A stretch of DNA of 64,000 nucleotides from Chiloscyllium plagiosum (taxonomy: Eukaryota). A program made the position numbers and the translations under genes. The stretch lies in the NCBI RefSeq assembly GCF_004010195.1, contig NC_057755.1, positions 2,985,286 through 3,049,285 of the forward strand, written 5' to 3'. The notes under the pieces were generated by a model, which saw nothing but the letters and a program-made list of their open reading frames with translations, did no database searches and was not told the origin of the DNA. Positions 27,140-39,864 of this stretch are shown here, in pieces. How positions within the stretch are numbered: the first letter of the stretch is position 1; the number at the start of each line of letters is the position of its first letter.

Positions 27140-28552
27140 CGCATTTGAACTCTTTCTGACATGTTACCCAAGAGAGTGGTAATTTGTGGAACAGAGAATC
27201 AGAAATTTAGTGTTCCCTTGTGTAAGATCAGATTGGAGAGACAAATCAAGTCTGGGAAAGTAACAGAGGGAGTGATTGACAGATTCTCACTTCCGTGAAT
27301 ACACTTTATTCTTTGGAACGATTTAGCAGGATCCAAGGTGGGAATGACACCACTTGTTGTGGATAAGCCAAAGGAAGACAAGGGTACTGAGGAGTTAAAA
27401 AGAAAAGTACCCTAGAATTTTTCCACACAGTGTAATCGCAATATTTTACTGACATATGTCCCAGAAAAAAGCATAAACTAAAGTGAAAGACGAAGGAGTT
27501 GAAGTCCAGTTAGCTGAAAATTGTTTGACGTGATGGTGCAGGAAAAACCTAAACAGGCAGAGCGTTAGACAGAAGTGTTTAGTCCTGAAATACTAATTTT
27601 TGAATCAAAGTGTATTCCTGAGGGTTATTATCTTAAAGGTAGAATGCTAAGAACAAAATGGAGACAGCGGCCGTTTGGTGCAGAGGAGAAATGGGCGGAA
27701 GTGCACCAGATTGTGTTCCCGGGAAGGAACTGGTACTGGAGCACATGAATTACCAATAGAAGGTCACCTAAGTGTGAGGAATACACAGGCTAAGGTACAA
27801 AAGCAATTCCATTGGCCTGGACGATACAAGGATGTGGTTAAATTTCGCCTTGCATTTCGCACGTGTCAAATGTAGGTAAATCACAGGCAGTAATAAGACC
27901 AGCACGTTTGTTGCCAATTCCTGCTTTTGACGAACTTTTCACGTGGATGATCATTGATTGTGTAGGTCCTCTTCCGGAAACTAAAAATGAGAACCAATAT
28001 TTGCGAACGGTAATGTATCTGCCAGATTTCTGGAGGCAATTCCTAACAGAATATTAAGACAAAAAGGGTGGTGGAGAAGGTGATCGCTTTCTTTACTCGA
28101 TATGGACTATCCAGAGAGATTCAGTCAGACCAAGGGTCTAATTCTACTGCTAGGTTGTTTAAGGAAGCCACGGATAGCTTAGNNNNNNNNNNNNNNNNNN
28201 NNNNNNNNNNNNNNNNNNNNNNNNNNNNNNNNNNNNNNNNNNNNNNNNNNNNNNNNNNNNNNNNNNNNNNNNNNNNNNNNNNNNNNNNNNNNNNNNNNNN
28301 NNNNNNNNNNNNNNNNNNNNNNNNNNNNNNNNNNNNNNNNNNNNNNNNNNNNNNNNNNNNNNNNNNNNNNNNNNNNNNNNNNNNNNNNNNNNNNNNNNNN
28401 NNNNNNNNNNNNNNNNNNNNNNNNNNNNNNNNNNNNNNNNNNNNNNNNNNNNNNNNNNNNNNNNNNNNNNNNNNNNNNNNNNNNNNNNNNNNNNNNNNNN
28501 NNNNNNNNNNNNNNNNNNNNNNNNNNNNNNNNNNNNNNNNNNNNNNNNNNNN

Positions 28553-28770
28553 GGGGGGCGGTGCTGAATTTGATGGATTTGACTGAGACAGGCTGTGGGG
28601 AGGGGAAATGAGGAAACTGGTGAAATCCGAGTTCATCCCTTGTGGTTGGAGGGTTCCTAGCCGGAAGATGAGGCGTTCTTCCTCCAACCGTCGTTTCGCT
28701 GTGGTCTGACGATGGAGGAGTCCAAAGACCTGCATATCCTTGGTGGAGTGGGAGGGGGAATTGAAATGTT
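28553..28770 (-). mobile_element. Penelope-like GIY-YIG C-terminal fragment
   Basis: HFNSPSHSTKDMQVFGLLHRQT...RRLEEERLIFRLGTLQPQGMN. Confidence 0.8.
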
Positions 28771-29229
28771 GAGTATAAAAATCGGGGGCACAGAATTCTG
28801 CGGGGATAAGCAAGGTGAGGGGACATGACTTTTGGGGAAAATGTTTTGGCGGTACGGTGCAAAATCAGCAGTGTCTTGGAAAATGTGGGGAGTGGTGGTC
28901 TGGGCGGGGGAGGAATGTCAAAGCTGGTCAGGAGGTAATATTTCTGGGGTGGTGTTGTGGGTGAAAGTTTGGAGCGGAACAAAATTATGGAAGGGTGTGA
29001 ATTGGGCGGGATAATATTAAGGACCACGAACTGGGACAGGACAAAAGTTTGGTACAATATCTTGGGGTGGAGGTACAAACTTAAATTTGAGTTTAAATTT
29101 GAGGGAGTGGCAAAATTTTAGAGGGGGAAAGTGGCGCTTTTCCAGGCTGGGTAAGGGGAGGGATGGGAATGAGGCAGCAGGGGGTAAAGGCAGAGGATAG
29201 AATGAGAAAAAGAGTAAACGGGAGGCTGC

Positions 29230-29480
29230 CAGAGAGAGACTCAGAGAGAGACACATACAGAGAGAGACACAAAGAGAGACAGAGAGAGAGAGAGTTAAAG
29301 AGAGACAAGAAGAAAACAAGACCAATTGAGAGAAAAAAAGTCATTGTCAGAAAGAGAGAGACAGGACAAAACAGACATAAGAGCATAGACTGCCAGTGAA
29401 AGAGACAGAGACGTACAGAGTAAATGAGAGAGAAAGAAAAAGAGAGAAAAAGAAGGAAGGAGAAGTCAGTCAGAGACAAA
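29230..29480. repeat. GA-rich low-complexity tract
   Basis: Directly visible. Confidence 0.85.
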
Positions 29481-30249
29481 CAAGAAATCAGGATATGCAC
29501 AGAGAATTTGAAGAGATGATGCTTACTTTTGCAGTATGTTCCATGTCTCACTCTCTTGCTCGATAGTTTCTCATTCTCTCTTTCCTTTCAGGGACAGATC
29601 CTGCTCCTGGGGTTTGCTTCAACCTTGGGCTGTTTCAGAGAAGGGGTTAAAGGATGGAAACTGGCATTGAAATTCCAACAGAACCTCACGTACAGACAGA
29701 AACTCTCTGTTAACTACCTCCTCGTCTACCTACATGGCAAAAAGAAGTATGGCTGTCATGACCTGGAGTATAAACGCCCCAGTTCTGTCACTCAACATAC
29801 TCTCTCGTCCCGAATCCCAGCTCATCCAATCACTTCCAAGCTCTCTCTGCCTGAACACATCTCTTTCATGTAAGGAGCAAGCCAAGAGGCTTAATTGTGA
29901 ATTACATGGGGGGAGGGAGAGAGGACGTGTGAAATAAAGGCGCAGGTAAGTAGTTCAGTCCATTTTATTCCTGTTCCTCATCTCCTACCGTTCCCCCCAC
30001 CCCAATATACAAAATAGCCCAGACTTGAAATCCACACAGACAGAAAGTAGCAGTTAAAAACCAGCTCCAACCCACAGTTATTTAAACAAAGGAAGACCAG
30101 AAAATACAAACATATCCCACAAACAAACACAGGATTTGCACACAGACCAACACAAAGTGGGCATGGAACAGAAATCAATCCGTTAAGCAAGCAAACTTGT
30201 TTTTTTAAATGTTTTTCTGAAGTTGAGTATCAATCCACGTCACAGATAT

Positions 30250-30600
30250 GATGTGGTGGTGTCGGTGTTGAACTGGGGTGGACAACATTAGAAGTCACAT
30301 GACATCAGTTGAAAGTCCAACAGGTTTATTTGAAATCACAAGGTTTCAGAGAGCTGACCCTTCATCAGGTGAAGAAACGAAAACCATACAGGCCCTGAAT
30401 TTAGCGGCAGAGACATCAAAAGATCAGACAAATGGTTTGAGTGGAGTATCAAATAATAAGTTTCTGCAGGTAACAAAACTATCAGACAGTGTGAGCAAAG
30501 TGCCAGCAGCTGAATAGTAAATGAAGGGGATGCTTTGTAATCCAACTAATTGAGGCAGAGAGATAATTACAAAAAAAGGTGGTTCTATAGATAAACCTCA
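30250..30600 (-). mobile_element. Penelope-terminal repeat (second family)
   Basis: Related to 15350-15662; decayed CTGATGA...GAAA on the minus strand near 30335-30370. Confidence 0.55.
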
Positions 30601-31528
30601 TGTCTGGAATAAATAAACAGGCTTCATTTCACAGATAGAAGTCCAATGATGGATCTGTTGTACGAGCTATTAATTTTATAAATGATCTTGAAATTTCAAA
30701 CAGATTCACCTCTTTCCTGACAATAGAATGAGGGACATCACGCAACTGTTCCACTTTATCATGGACGTTTCATCTCTAAAAGGTGAGAGTTAGCTAATTG
30801 ATACAGATTATGTTACAGATGGTTAAATCCATGATAGTGTAAGTTACTGCACACAGATTCTATACGTTCATTTTTGTGTGCCTGTATCTGTGTCTATGTG
30901 TATGTGCATATATCTGCTTGTGTTTATATGCTTGTGTATTTCTGTCTCTATGTTTGTATGTGCCTCTTTGTGTGTTGCTTTTTCGGTTTCCGTGCCTGTC
31001 TGACTATCTCCGACCATTTATGTATGTGTGTTTGTGTGTCCCAATGTTTATGTGTCTCCGTGTCTATATTTCTGTGCAATGGACGCTCTGTTGTTTTGGG
31101 AGTTATATCCATTGAAATGGTGGTAAACACCGCCCATCTCTATCTCTGCCTGTCCTTCTTGTGTTTAACGTGATACAATGCTGTTGGTTATGTTGATGTA
31201 TGTTTCTATGTGTGTGTCTGTTTGTGTGTGTATGCCCACCTCTGCGGGCAATGTGATAAAATTTGTGCTGTAAAGAAGCTAGTGTTTCTTATTTAGAGAG
31301 CAATGCAGCACAGGAACACGTCCTTCTGCCCACCAACACCATGGACACGAAGCTTTCCTTACCAAAAAACATTTGCTTCCATGAGGTCCATATTCTCTAA
31401 TCGCTGCTTATTCATGTATCTGACAACATGCCTCTCAAATGTTGCGAAAGTATTTGCTTCCATCACCTCCTCTGACAGCTCATTCTAGGTACTCACCATC
31501 CACTGTGCTAAAAACCTGCCTCTGATAT

Positions 31529-31731
31529 CCCCGTGTCTGCGTGGGTTTCCTCCGGGTGCTCCGGTTTCCTTCCACAGTCCAAAGATGTGCAGGTCAGGTG
31601 AATTGGCCATGCTAAATGTGTTAGGTGAAAGGGATAAATGTAGGGGAATGGGTGGGTTGCGCTTCGGCGGGTTGGTGTGGACTTGTTGGTCCGAAGGGCT
31701 TGCTTCTGCACTGTAAGTAATCTAATCTAAT
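31529..31731 (+). mobile_element. 5'-truncated V-SINE inserted in a CR1 remnant
   Basis: V-domain plus (TAATC) tail; short ATATC-like target duplication. Confidence 0.85.
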
Positions 31732-33597
31732 ATCTGTTTTAAATTTACCCCCTTTTCCTTTCATCCTAAATAGCCTCCTAACTGAAGTTTCTACCTTGGA
31801 AAAGGGCTCTGACTTTCATTCTATACTTTTCTGTCATAATGTTGTGAACGTCTGTCAGGTCGACTCTTAACCTTTTTACGTTCAAGAGAAAACAAACCAA
31901 GTTTGTGCTTCAATTCTGCACCTTACAAATATTTCCCTCACAAGGCTTGACTGTTTGCAAATTTTCACAGCAAAATATACAGCACCCCAAGTTTGCACCC
32001 TTTTAATAAGGCCCCCTCGAACGTTGTCTCATTAATTTGCATTCCAGTCCTTAAATTTCACGCTTCTTTTTCCTTCAGCTTTGTCCCCATGAAATTATTT
32101 GGATACTGAATTTTGTGATTCTCTCCTCAAAATTTACCCTGGCCGAAAATATTCAATATTTGGTGCATAATGTAATGTTTGCCTGGTCACGTCAGCATTA
32201 TCACCTCCAATTTTCTCACACTGTCAGTAATCTGACTGGGGACAGTCCACACATTCTGATAAGGAGACCCAAGTCTTACGTTTTGAATTAAATTCTTGTT
32301 GAACATNNNNNNNNNNNNNNNNNNNNNNNNNNNNNNNNNNNNNNNNNNNNNNNNNNNNNNNNNNNNNNNNNNNNNNNNNNNNNNNNNNNNNNNNNNNNNN
32401 NNNNNNNNNNNNNNNNNNNNNNNNNNNNNNNNTGAAGAAACGAAAAACATACAGGCCCTGAATTTAGCGGCAGAGACATCAAAAGATCAGACAAATGGTT
32501 TGAGTGGAGTATCAAATAATAAGTTTCTGCAGGTAACAAAACTATCAGACAGTGTGAGCAAAGTGCCAGCAGCTGAATAGTAAATGAAGGGGATGCTTTG
32601 TAATCCAACTAATTGAGGCAGAGAGATAATTACAAAAAAAGGTGGTTCTATAGATAAACCTCATGTCTGGAATAAATAAACAGGCTTCATTTCACAGATA
32701 GAAGTCCAATGATGGATCTGTTGTACGAGCTATTAATTTTATAAATGATCTTGAAATTTCAAACAGATTCACCTCTTTCCTGACAACAGAATGAGGAACA
32801 TCACGCAACTGTTCCACTTTATCATGGACGTTTCATCTCTAAAAGGTGGGAGTTAGCTAATTGATACAGATTATGTTACAGATGGTTAAACCCATGATAG
32901 TGTAAGTTACTGCACACAGATTCTATATGTTCATTTTTGTGTGCCTGTATCTGTGTCTATGTTTATGTGCATATATCTGCTTGTGTTTATATGCTTGTGT
33001 ATTTCTGTCTCTATGTTTGTATGTGTCTCTTTGTCTGTGTGTTGCTTTTTCGGTTTCCGTGCCTGTCTGACTATCTCCGACCATTTATGTATGTGTGTTT
33101 GTGTGTCCCAATGTGTATGTGTCTCCGTGTCTATATTTCTGTGCAATGGACGCTCTGTTGTTTTGGGAGTTATATTCATTGAAATGGTGGTAAACACCGC
33201 CCATCTCTATCTCTGCCTATCCTTCTTGTGTTTAACGTGATACAATGCTGTTGGCTATGTTGATGTATGTTTCTATGTGTGTGTCTGTTTGTGTGTGTAT
33301 GCCCACCTCTGCATGCAATGGGATAAAATTTGTGCTGTAAAGAAGCTAATGTTTCTTATTTAGAGAGCAATGCAGCACAGGAACACGTCCTTCTGCCCAC
33401 CAACACCGTGGACACGAAGCTTTCCTTACCAAAAAACATTTGCTTCCATGTGGTCCATATTCTCTAATCCCTGCTTATTCATGTATCTGACAATATGCCT
33501 CTCAAATGTTGTGTAAGTATCTGCTTCCATCACCTCCTCTGACAGCTCATTCTAGGTACTCACTATCCACTGTGCTAAAAACCTGCCTCTGATATCC

Positions 33598-33798
33598 TGG
33601 TGTCTGCGTGGGTTTCCTCCGGGTGCTCCGATTTCCTCCCACAATCCAAAGATGTGCAGGTCAGGTGAATTGGCCATGCTAAATGTGTTAGGTAAAAGGG
33701 ATAAATGTAGGGGAATGGGTGGGTTGCGCTTCGGCGGGTTGGTGTAGACTTGTTGGGCCGAAGGGCTTGTTTCCGCACTGTAAGTAATCTAATCTAAT
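33598..33798 (+). mobile_element. V-SINE (duplicate of 31529-31731)
   Basis: Same sequence within the duplicated block. Confidence 0.85.
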
Positions 33799-36700
33799 AT
33801 CTGTTTTAAATTTACCCCCTTTTCCTTTCATCCTAAGTAGCCTCCTAACTGAACTTTCTACCTTGGAAAAGGACTCTGACTTTCATTCTATACTTTTCTG
33901 TCATAATGTTGTGAACGTCTGTCAGGTCGACTCATAACCTTTTTCCGTTCAAGAGAAAACAAACCAAGTTTGTGCCTCAATTCTGCACCTCACAAATATT
34001 TCCCTCACAAGGCTTGACTGTTTACAAATTTTCACAGCAAAATATACAGCACCCCAAGTTTGCACCCTTTTAATAAGGCCCCCTCGAACGTTGTCTCATT
34101 AATTTGCATTCCAGTCCTTAAATTTCACGCTTCTTTTTCCTTCAGCTTTGACCCCATGAAATTATTTGGATACTGAATTTGGTGATTCTCTCCTCAAAAT
34201 TTACCCTGGCCGAAAATATTCAATATTTGGTGCATAATGTAATGTTTGCCTGGTCACGTCAGAATGTCTTTGCTGAAACAATCACCTCCAATTTTCTCAA
34301 ACTCTCAATAATCTGACTGGGGACAGTCCACACATTCTGATAAGGAGACCCAAGTCTTACGTTTTGAATTAAATTCTTGTTGAACATCAGGCTCTGATGC
34401 ATTTTCACATCTAATCTCTATGTCACATCCTTATCAACTTAGCTTGTCTTTGTCCAAATATACGTAACTTTCTTGTACCTCAACGCTAATGTTTGGATTT
34501 CTAAAACTTTTGAAACATTCTTCGCCTCTGTATTGTTTATTCATTCTTCATGGTATTCCCCTCATGGTCAGTTTGCGGTTATGATTTTATTAATCTAATG
34601 ATTTGATTCACCTATCCTTTCTGTCACAATCTGGCTACCCAGTATACCTTTCACTATTGATTTCTCCATCTGCTGAACTCACCAAACCTCTCCTCATGTG
34701 AATCCTGCCCACATGGCCACTTTAAATCTGTTCTTAACCCTCTAGATATGTCAGCTAGCAGGACACTTGCCAAGGAGAACTTCCTATGTTCACAGTCGAA
34801 CAGCAAAGACCCTTCTGTCTGCTTGAATGGGAAACGCCACTGTTTGTACCAGGAATCAAACTCTTTGATCCTATTAATCCTATGCAAATGTGTTTGTTAA
34901 TTCACTATTAAAATTAACTTGATGTCACTCTGGTCTTCTGGCTTTCATTTGAAAGATTGATTGTTCTTACCCCACAGCTGATCAATGTTATTGGACTCAA
35001 ATATGTATATCTATAGGCTCAGGGAGATGTGACAGTGAGATCATTCACATCCTACTTTCAATTAATCACAGTGGTGGTGTCCTCAAGTGAGTCATCTGAT
35101 TGAAAAAATGGTCTTTGAGACACATGTTCTTTGTCACAGAATACAATAGGTATCCCCTTGTTATAATGTCCCTCACTACCACAGCATTCCCTTTTCAATC
35201 TCCAGCTTCAGTGACTGGTTAGTTCCCTCAAAGGCAACGTCTCATTTCCCTGAAAGGTGTATTCACATATTGAATAGAGCAGGGATAAGACTCCACATTA
35301 CTACTGACTGTGTCTCACAAACTGGCTGACCGCACTAATTCCCGAAACACAGAACAAATGTGAAGTGCCTCTGGAAGGTGGCGTCAATGCTAACAGAAAC
35401 TGTGTGTCCAAGTTTCTTCCTGGACACAGGATATTATTCTAAAACCGATTCCCACTCATTATCCCTGAGCTGCAGCCCTTCTATGTGCAGACATTGCATG
35501 CAGATGTGGTTGCTGTGGATCGCACTGTGAACACCAAGTTCATGCATTCTGTATTTGCAACACGTTACCCACCCTGACACTTGCATGGTGTTATTATTCA
35601 ACTGATTAGTTCGCAGCAATGGAAAACTTGTTTAGTTGAGTTCCCTAGGTAAATAGTCGTCTGGATCATTGCAAAAGTGAAACTTCTAATTAGCACAGGT
35701 AGTTATGTAAATTGAGCTATACACTTCATGTAATACTGACATTTCATCACTACCAGTTCAGTCTACAGTCTCTCATTCAAAGGCGGAAGTCTTCAATGTC
35801 ATTAAACAATCAGGTAACTGTATTATTAATTAGCTTAAATACTCAGATGCAGCGGCAATGTCCATGCCTCTTAGCCTAGAAATCTGCATTCAAGTCCCAC
35901 CGGCCCCAGAGGTGAGTTGCAGCACGAAGCCTGGCTTTTCTTTCATGTAGAAGCCTGGGTAAAACAACAAAGTTGCAGCTGCTGAATGGGCCTTCATAAG
36001 CACCAGTTAAAATCTCTTCTGAGAATGAAGGGGTGAAAGAAATTCGATTACCAGACAAAAGTGACTGCCTCAAAATCTGATTCACCCAACATTTTTAAAT
36101 GTTGTTAAGATTAAACTCAGTGTCTAACCTCTCATTTAAATCATCACTTGAGAAAAACACGAGTCGTCTCATGTGTCACAAATTCTGAAGTTATTGAGTT
36201 CTTCTGCACTCGCTGTCTCCAATCCATACTCTTCTTTCATTGAAAATGTTATTCATGTTGGCAATAGCAAGGCAGTGTAGACTTGAGCAAAAAGAATCGA
36301 GAGATTGGAGTTGAAGAGCAGTTTTCCCATTCACATGGAGGGAGAAATGCTACAAAAGCTGGTCACCACAGGCTGAAAAGAGGAAAGCAAGGTCGATAGA
36401 TAGCGTTGTATCACAAGGATATTATGGAGATAGGAGTTGCAAATATGACGTAGTTTCCTAAAAGAAAGTCATGAATTCTCAAGCCAAAATTAGAGGAGTA
36501 TACATATCTTGGCAGTTTTGTGAGCTAAATAATAATAAAAAATTGGAGGAACAGTGATGTGAAAATAAGGATGAGAATTTTGAATCATCGAATTTGGTAG
36601 AATTGCACTAAAGTGCAGCCAATTAAACAGAGTGATCATTGGGGGACTTCTTTAGGAAGAGCTAACAGTGTGATAAAGATCAGAACAGTTGATTTCGTCC

Positions 36701-38155
36701 TCATGGAGAGTGGAAAGGTGCTCGACTAATGGGTCTGGAGGAGAAAGGCAAAGTATGTGAATGGTGGCTTCTTGCGCTGATGAAATGACACAAGGTCAGT
36801 GCAGGACGGTGTTGTGAAAAAGTAAGAAATCAGTTCCAAAAAGATGTGCATTTTGTGAATGAGTTGGTTCGAAACCAATCTCTAATTGGAACATGATACC
36901 AAGTTTCTAAACGCTCGGCCAGTTTTTCCAGAGAGTAGATTAGAGTGAGATCAAAAGTAACATAAAGCATTGTAATCAGTGGCCAAACGTTTCTTTGGCA
37001 GTAATGAATGGATCTGTTTAGCCCTGTCTTCCAGAAATTAGAATGGGGTCAATATCTGGGTAACTGAATTCGGAGGAGGTTCATAAGTGATATACTGCAA
37101 TCAGTTGTCAAACATCTAATTGGCAGAAATGTTTGCTCTGCCAGTACGTAATTATGGATAAGAAATCTATGTTTTAGGAAGACATCAGGAGATAGGAGAA
37201 GTGTCCAAAAGCTAGATATTGGTGTGGATTAAGTCCACATAGATACTTTCCTGAGGGAACTTTGCCTACACAGGGAACAAGACATGATGAAAGAACAATT
37301 ATCAAACGCAACAGCTGAATAATAAGAAAATATTCCAGTGCAAGAGAATCTCGAGATGAATTGAGATTAAATATAAAAAAGGGGGAACAGTTGGATTACA
37401 AATGAATCATTTAGCAGGACATTAATTCTATTGTACTATGTGCAAATCAGCGGTACGGTCTGGGGCATGATCATGGAAATTTTAACTTTGTTTCAAAATA
37501 AAATGCAATTTGAATAGGATGTATCTGAGTAGACCAACTTTGCTAATTTATCAAGTGTACAAACTGGACTGGAGAGATTCAAGGAGGGACTAAGCCCTGT
37601 TAAAGCTGACCAGGTTTATAGCGGGAGTTTGAGATTCTGGGAGAAAACTGCAGTTTGGTAGTCAGGTACCAATTTTTATGAATGCTCTAGATGCCATTAT
37701 AGCCTCTGTAAAAACGCCATGGAGCATTAAACAAAACACAAACAAGAGAGAGGGAGATGGTGCCAGGAAATGATATTTTTTCCAATGGAGTTGTGCGAAT
37801 GTGGTCGCTTGAATTTCTTCCTGTATTTTCAATATCAGCATGTGTCCTGTCTCCACTGTATTTTAAGGGTTTCTAACTCTAAGAATCTGTGTAATCTCCA
37901 TCATGAATAGACTTTCAAATTCGGCCAGTTCCAGTGCACTTGTTACTCCCCAGTTAAGTTGTTTATGATGAGCCAACAGTATCACGGAGGAGTTACTGAC
38001 ATGCATCGGGTTGCTTAATCTGACCCATACCTAAATATGGTTGGTGTTCTACTACCATTATAGTTATTTCCAGTGCTGCAATTCCTGCTGAGTAGGTGTG
38101 CAGCGAATATTGAGTCCACGAATAGGGAAAGTGAGTGCTTGCCTCTGAGCTGCTC

Positions 38156-39054
38156 TTACATCTTTCGTTTACTCATTAATTGTACAATTCTTGTAATTGG
38201 ATATTTCACTGCGCTCTTCATTTCATGTCTGAATTTCGCCTGTGTTGCCACATAAATGAATGTGTTTGTGCAACAACTCAATGTTCGCAGCATCCAGCCA
38301 GCTCTTCCAACTTTATAAAATGCATTACTGTAAACATCCGCTGTGAGGGTGGAGAAGAAATTTATAACATACAACAGCCATAGAATTATGAAGCTACCGG
38401 ATATTGTGAAGAGCAAAACCACAGATTTTCTTCGACTTTCCATCTCTGGGTCATTGATACTTTTCCTCTTGTTCTGCCTGCTCAATCCCAATCGGAATCG
38501 ACTAACCACCAAAATATATCTGACCGTCAGAGCATTGAGCAACAAGATTGAAAGAAATGGAAGCAATGGGGTAAATACTAAATCAAACCAATTAAATCCC
38601 ACCCAACCTGGATCGGTAAAATAACTTGCTTTTCTGTAACAGAACCACGGCACATTGTTGACGATCTTTCCAGGTTCAAATGTAAAGTAGAAGGGAATAT
38701 TTTTTAAGCAGAACAGAATAGATGTGGTTGCTATAACTGCACTTGCAGTTTTCTTGGTGCAATATCGTGCTCTAATCTTCATGCAACAAATAGCCACAAA
38801 TCGATCAAATGTGAAATTGACGGTGAACCAAATTGAGCAATCTGTCGCAACACAAAACAGGAGATTGATAATATTGCAGGCATAGGTGATGTCCAGGACA
38901 CCCACTGGGAAATAATAATAATAGATCTGTCTCAGTACAACCTCCGTGATAATGAACATTAGATCTGCCGCTGCCATGGCCACCAGATACAGAGTAGTGC
39001 AGGTAGAGAGGTCACACTTGCCCTGACACAGGATCAGAATTGCCAATAAATTAA
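38156..39054 (-). CDS. GPR139-like GPCR (gene B), intact main coding exon (299 aa from VNLLAIL to MSKRKM); exon 1 not found, possibly in an N-gap
   Basis: Uninterrupted frame (ORF track 38156-39145). Pyrimidine tract + TACAG acceptor ending at 39055 on the minus strand, at the same position and phase as gene D. Motifs AMAAADL, TDCSIWFTVNFTFDRFVAIC, PLLPF, DPEMESRRKSV, LSCCTNTFIY, KFRHEM. The ORF portion 39056-39145 is intronic read-through. Confidence 0.88.
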
Positions 39055-39864
39055 CTGTATAAAGAAAAAGAGAAGAGAAAATACCTGTAAAACAGTGCTC
39101 AGATATCCCCTGTATCAGGTCCCAATTGGTTTTGAGATCTGCCAATCACTTCGAGTCATCCTCTTGATCCTTCCTCCTCATCTCCCTGCTNNNNNNNNNN
39201 NNNNNNNNNNNNNNNNNNNNNNNNNNNNNNNNNNNNNNNNNNNNNNNNNNNNNNNNNNNNNNNNNNNNNNNNNNNNNNNNNNNNNNNNNNNNNNNNNNNN
39301 NNNNNNNNNNNNNNNNNNNNNNNNNNNNNNNNNNNNNNNNNNNNNNNNNNNNNNNNNNNNNNNNNNNNNNNNNNNNNNNNNNNNNNNNNNNNNNNNNNNN
39401 NNNNNNNNNNNNNNNNNNNNNNNNNNNNNNNNNNNNNNNNNNNNNNNNNNNNNNNNNNNNNNNNNNNNNNNNNNNNNNNNNNNNNNNNNNNNNNNNNNNN
39501 NNNNNNNNNNNNNNAAATAAACTATCCTTGCTTTAAAAACATTTACTGGTAAGAACATAAGAAATAGACAAGACAATGACACTCCAAGACCTCAAATTTG
39601 GACCATTTTTTCTTTTTCCTATTTTCATCCCTATTCCACTTCGACTTTCGATATTGCAGAGCATTGCATCCCATGTCTTAGCAAATGAGATCCCATTTCG
39701 AGGAATGAAAATTGTCATTAACACTCAGTGATTGTTCGGGATGTGGAGAATGCAAGTTTACTCTGGGCCTACGATTCCCACTTTGGAAAGTTCTACTGTA
39801 GGTTCTGAGAGTATTCTTCCCATCATATTTATATCTCAAAGTAGTTAGCTCAGTTTCAACACAC

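Larger units (their letters stand above)
21891..28182 (+). mobile_element. Gypsy (Gmr1-like) LTR retrotransposon: 5' LTR, gag, protease, integrase; decayed and nested with SINE, Rex1 and CR1
   Basis: TG start at 21891; gag AYELLPETDRQRFR...EIILLEEFK (23987-24240); decayed CCHC knuckle (~25970, ~26815); ILRDT-like protease motif; integrase GHLSVRNT...FHWPG, IIDCVGPLP and EIQSDQGSN (27740-28180). Runs into an N-gap. Confidence 0.85.
30370..34387 (+). repeat. About 1.95-kb direct duplication flanking the N-gap at 32307-32432
   Basis: 30370-32306 is near-identical to 32433-34387; the first copy ends and the second begins at the gap. Confidence 0.92.

Noticed and set aside
28068..29078. Long ORFs containing X runs (also at the 21.4, 32.3, 39.2, 45.3 and 51.2 kb gaps)
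   Set aside because: Artefacts of reading through N-gaps.
28770..29220. Unusual G-rich stretch next to a Penelope fragment
   Set aside because: No ORF or structure; lies near a gap and looks like low-quality or scrambled sequence.
34400..37600. Long AT-rich region downstream of gene B
   Set aside because: Only faint traces of ancient SINE/LINE sequence; nothing that can be supported.
39056..39145. N-terminal extension MADLKTNWDL... of the gene B ORF (likewise 62519-62564 of gene D)
   Set aside because: Non-ATG start; encodes the polypyrimidine tract; no homology among paralogs; intronic.
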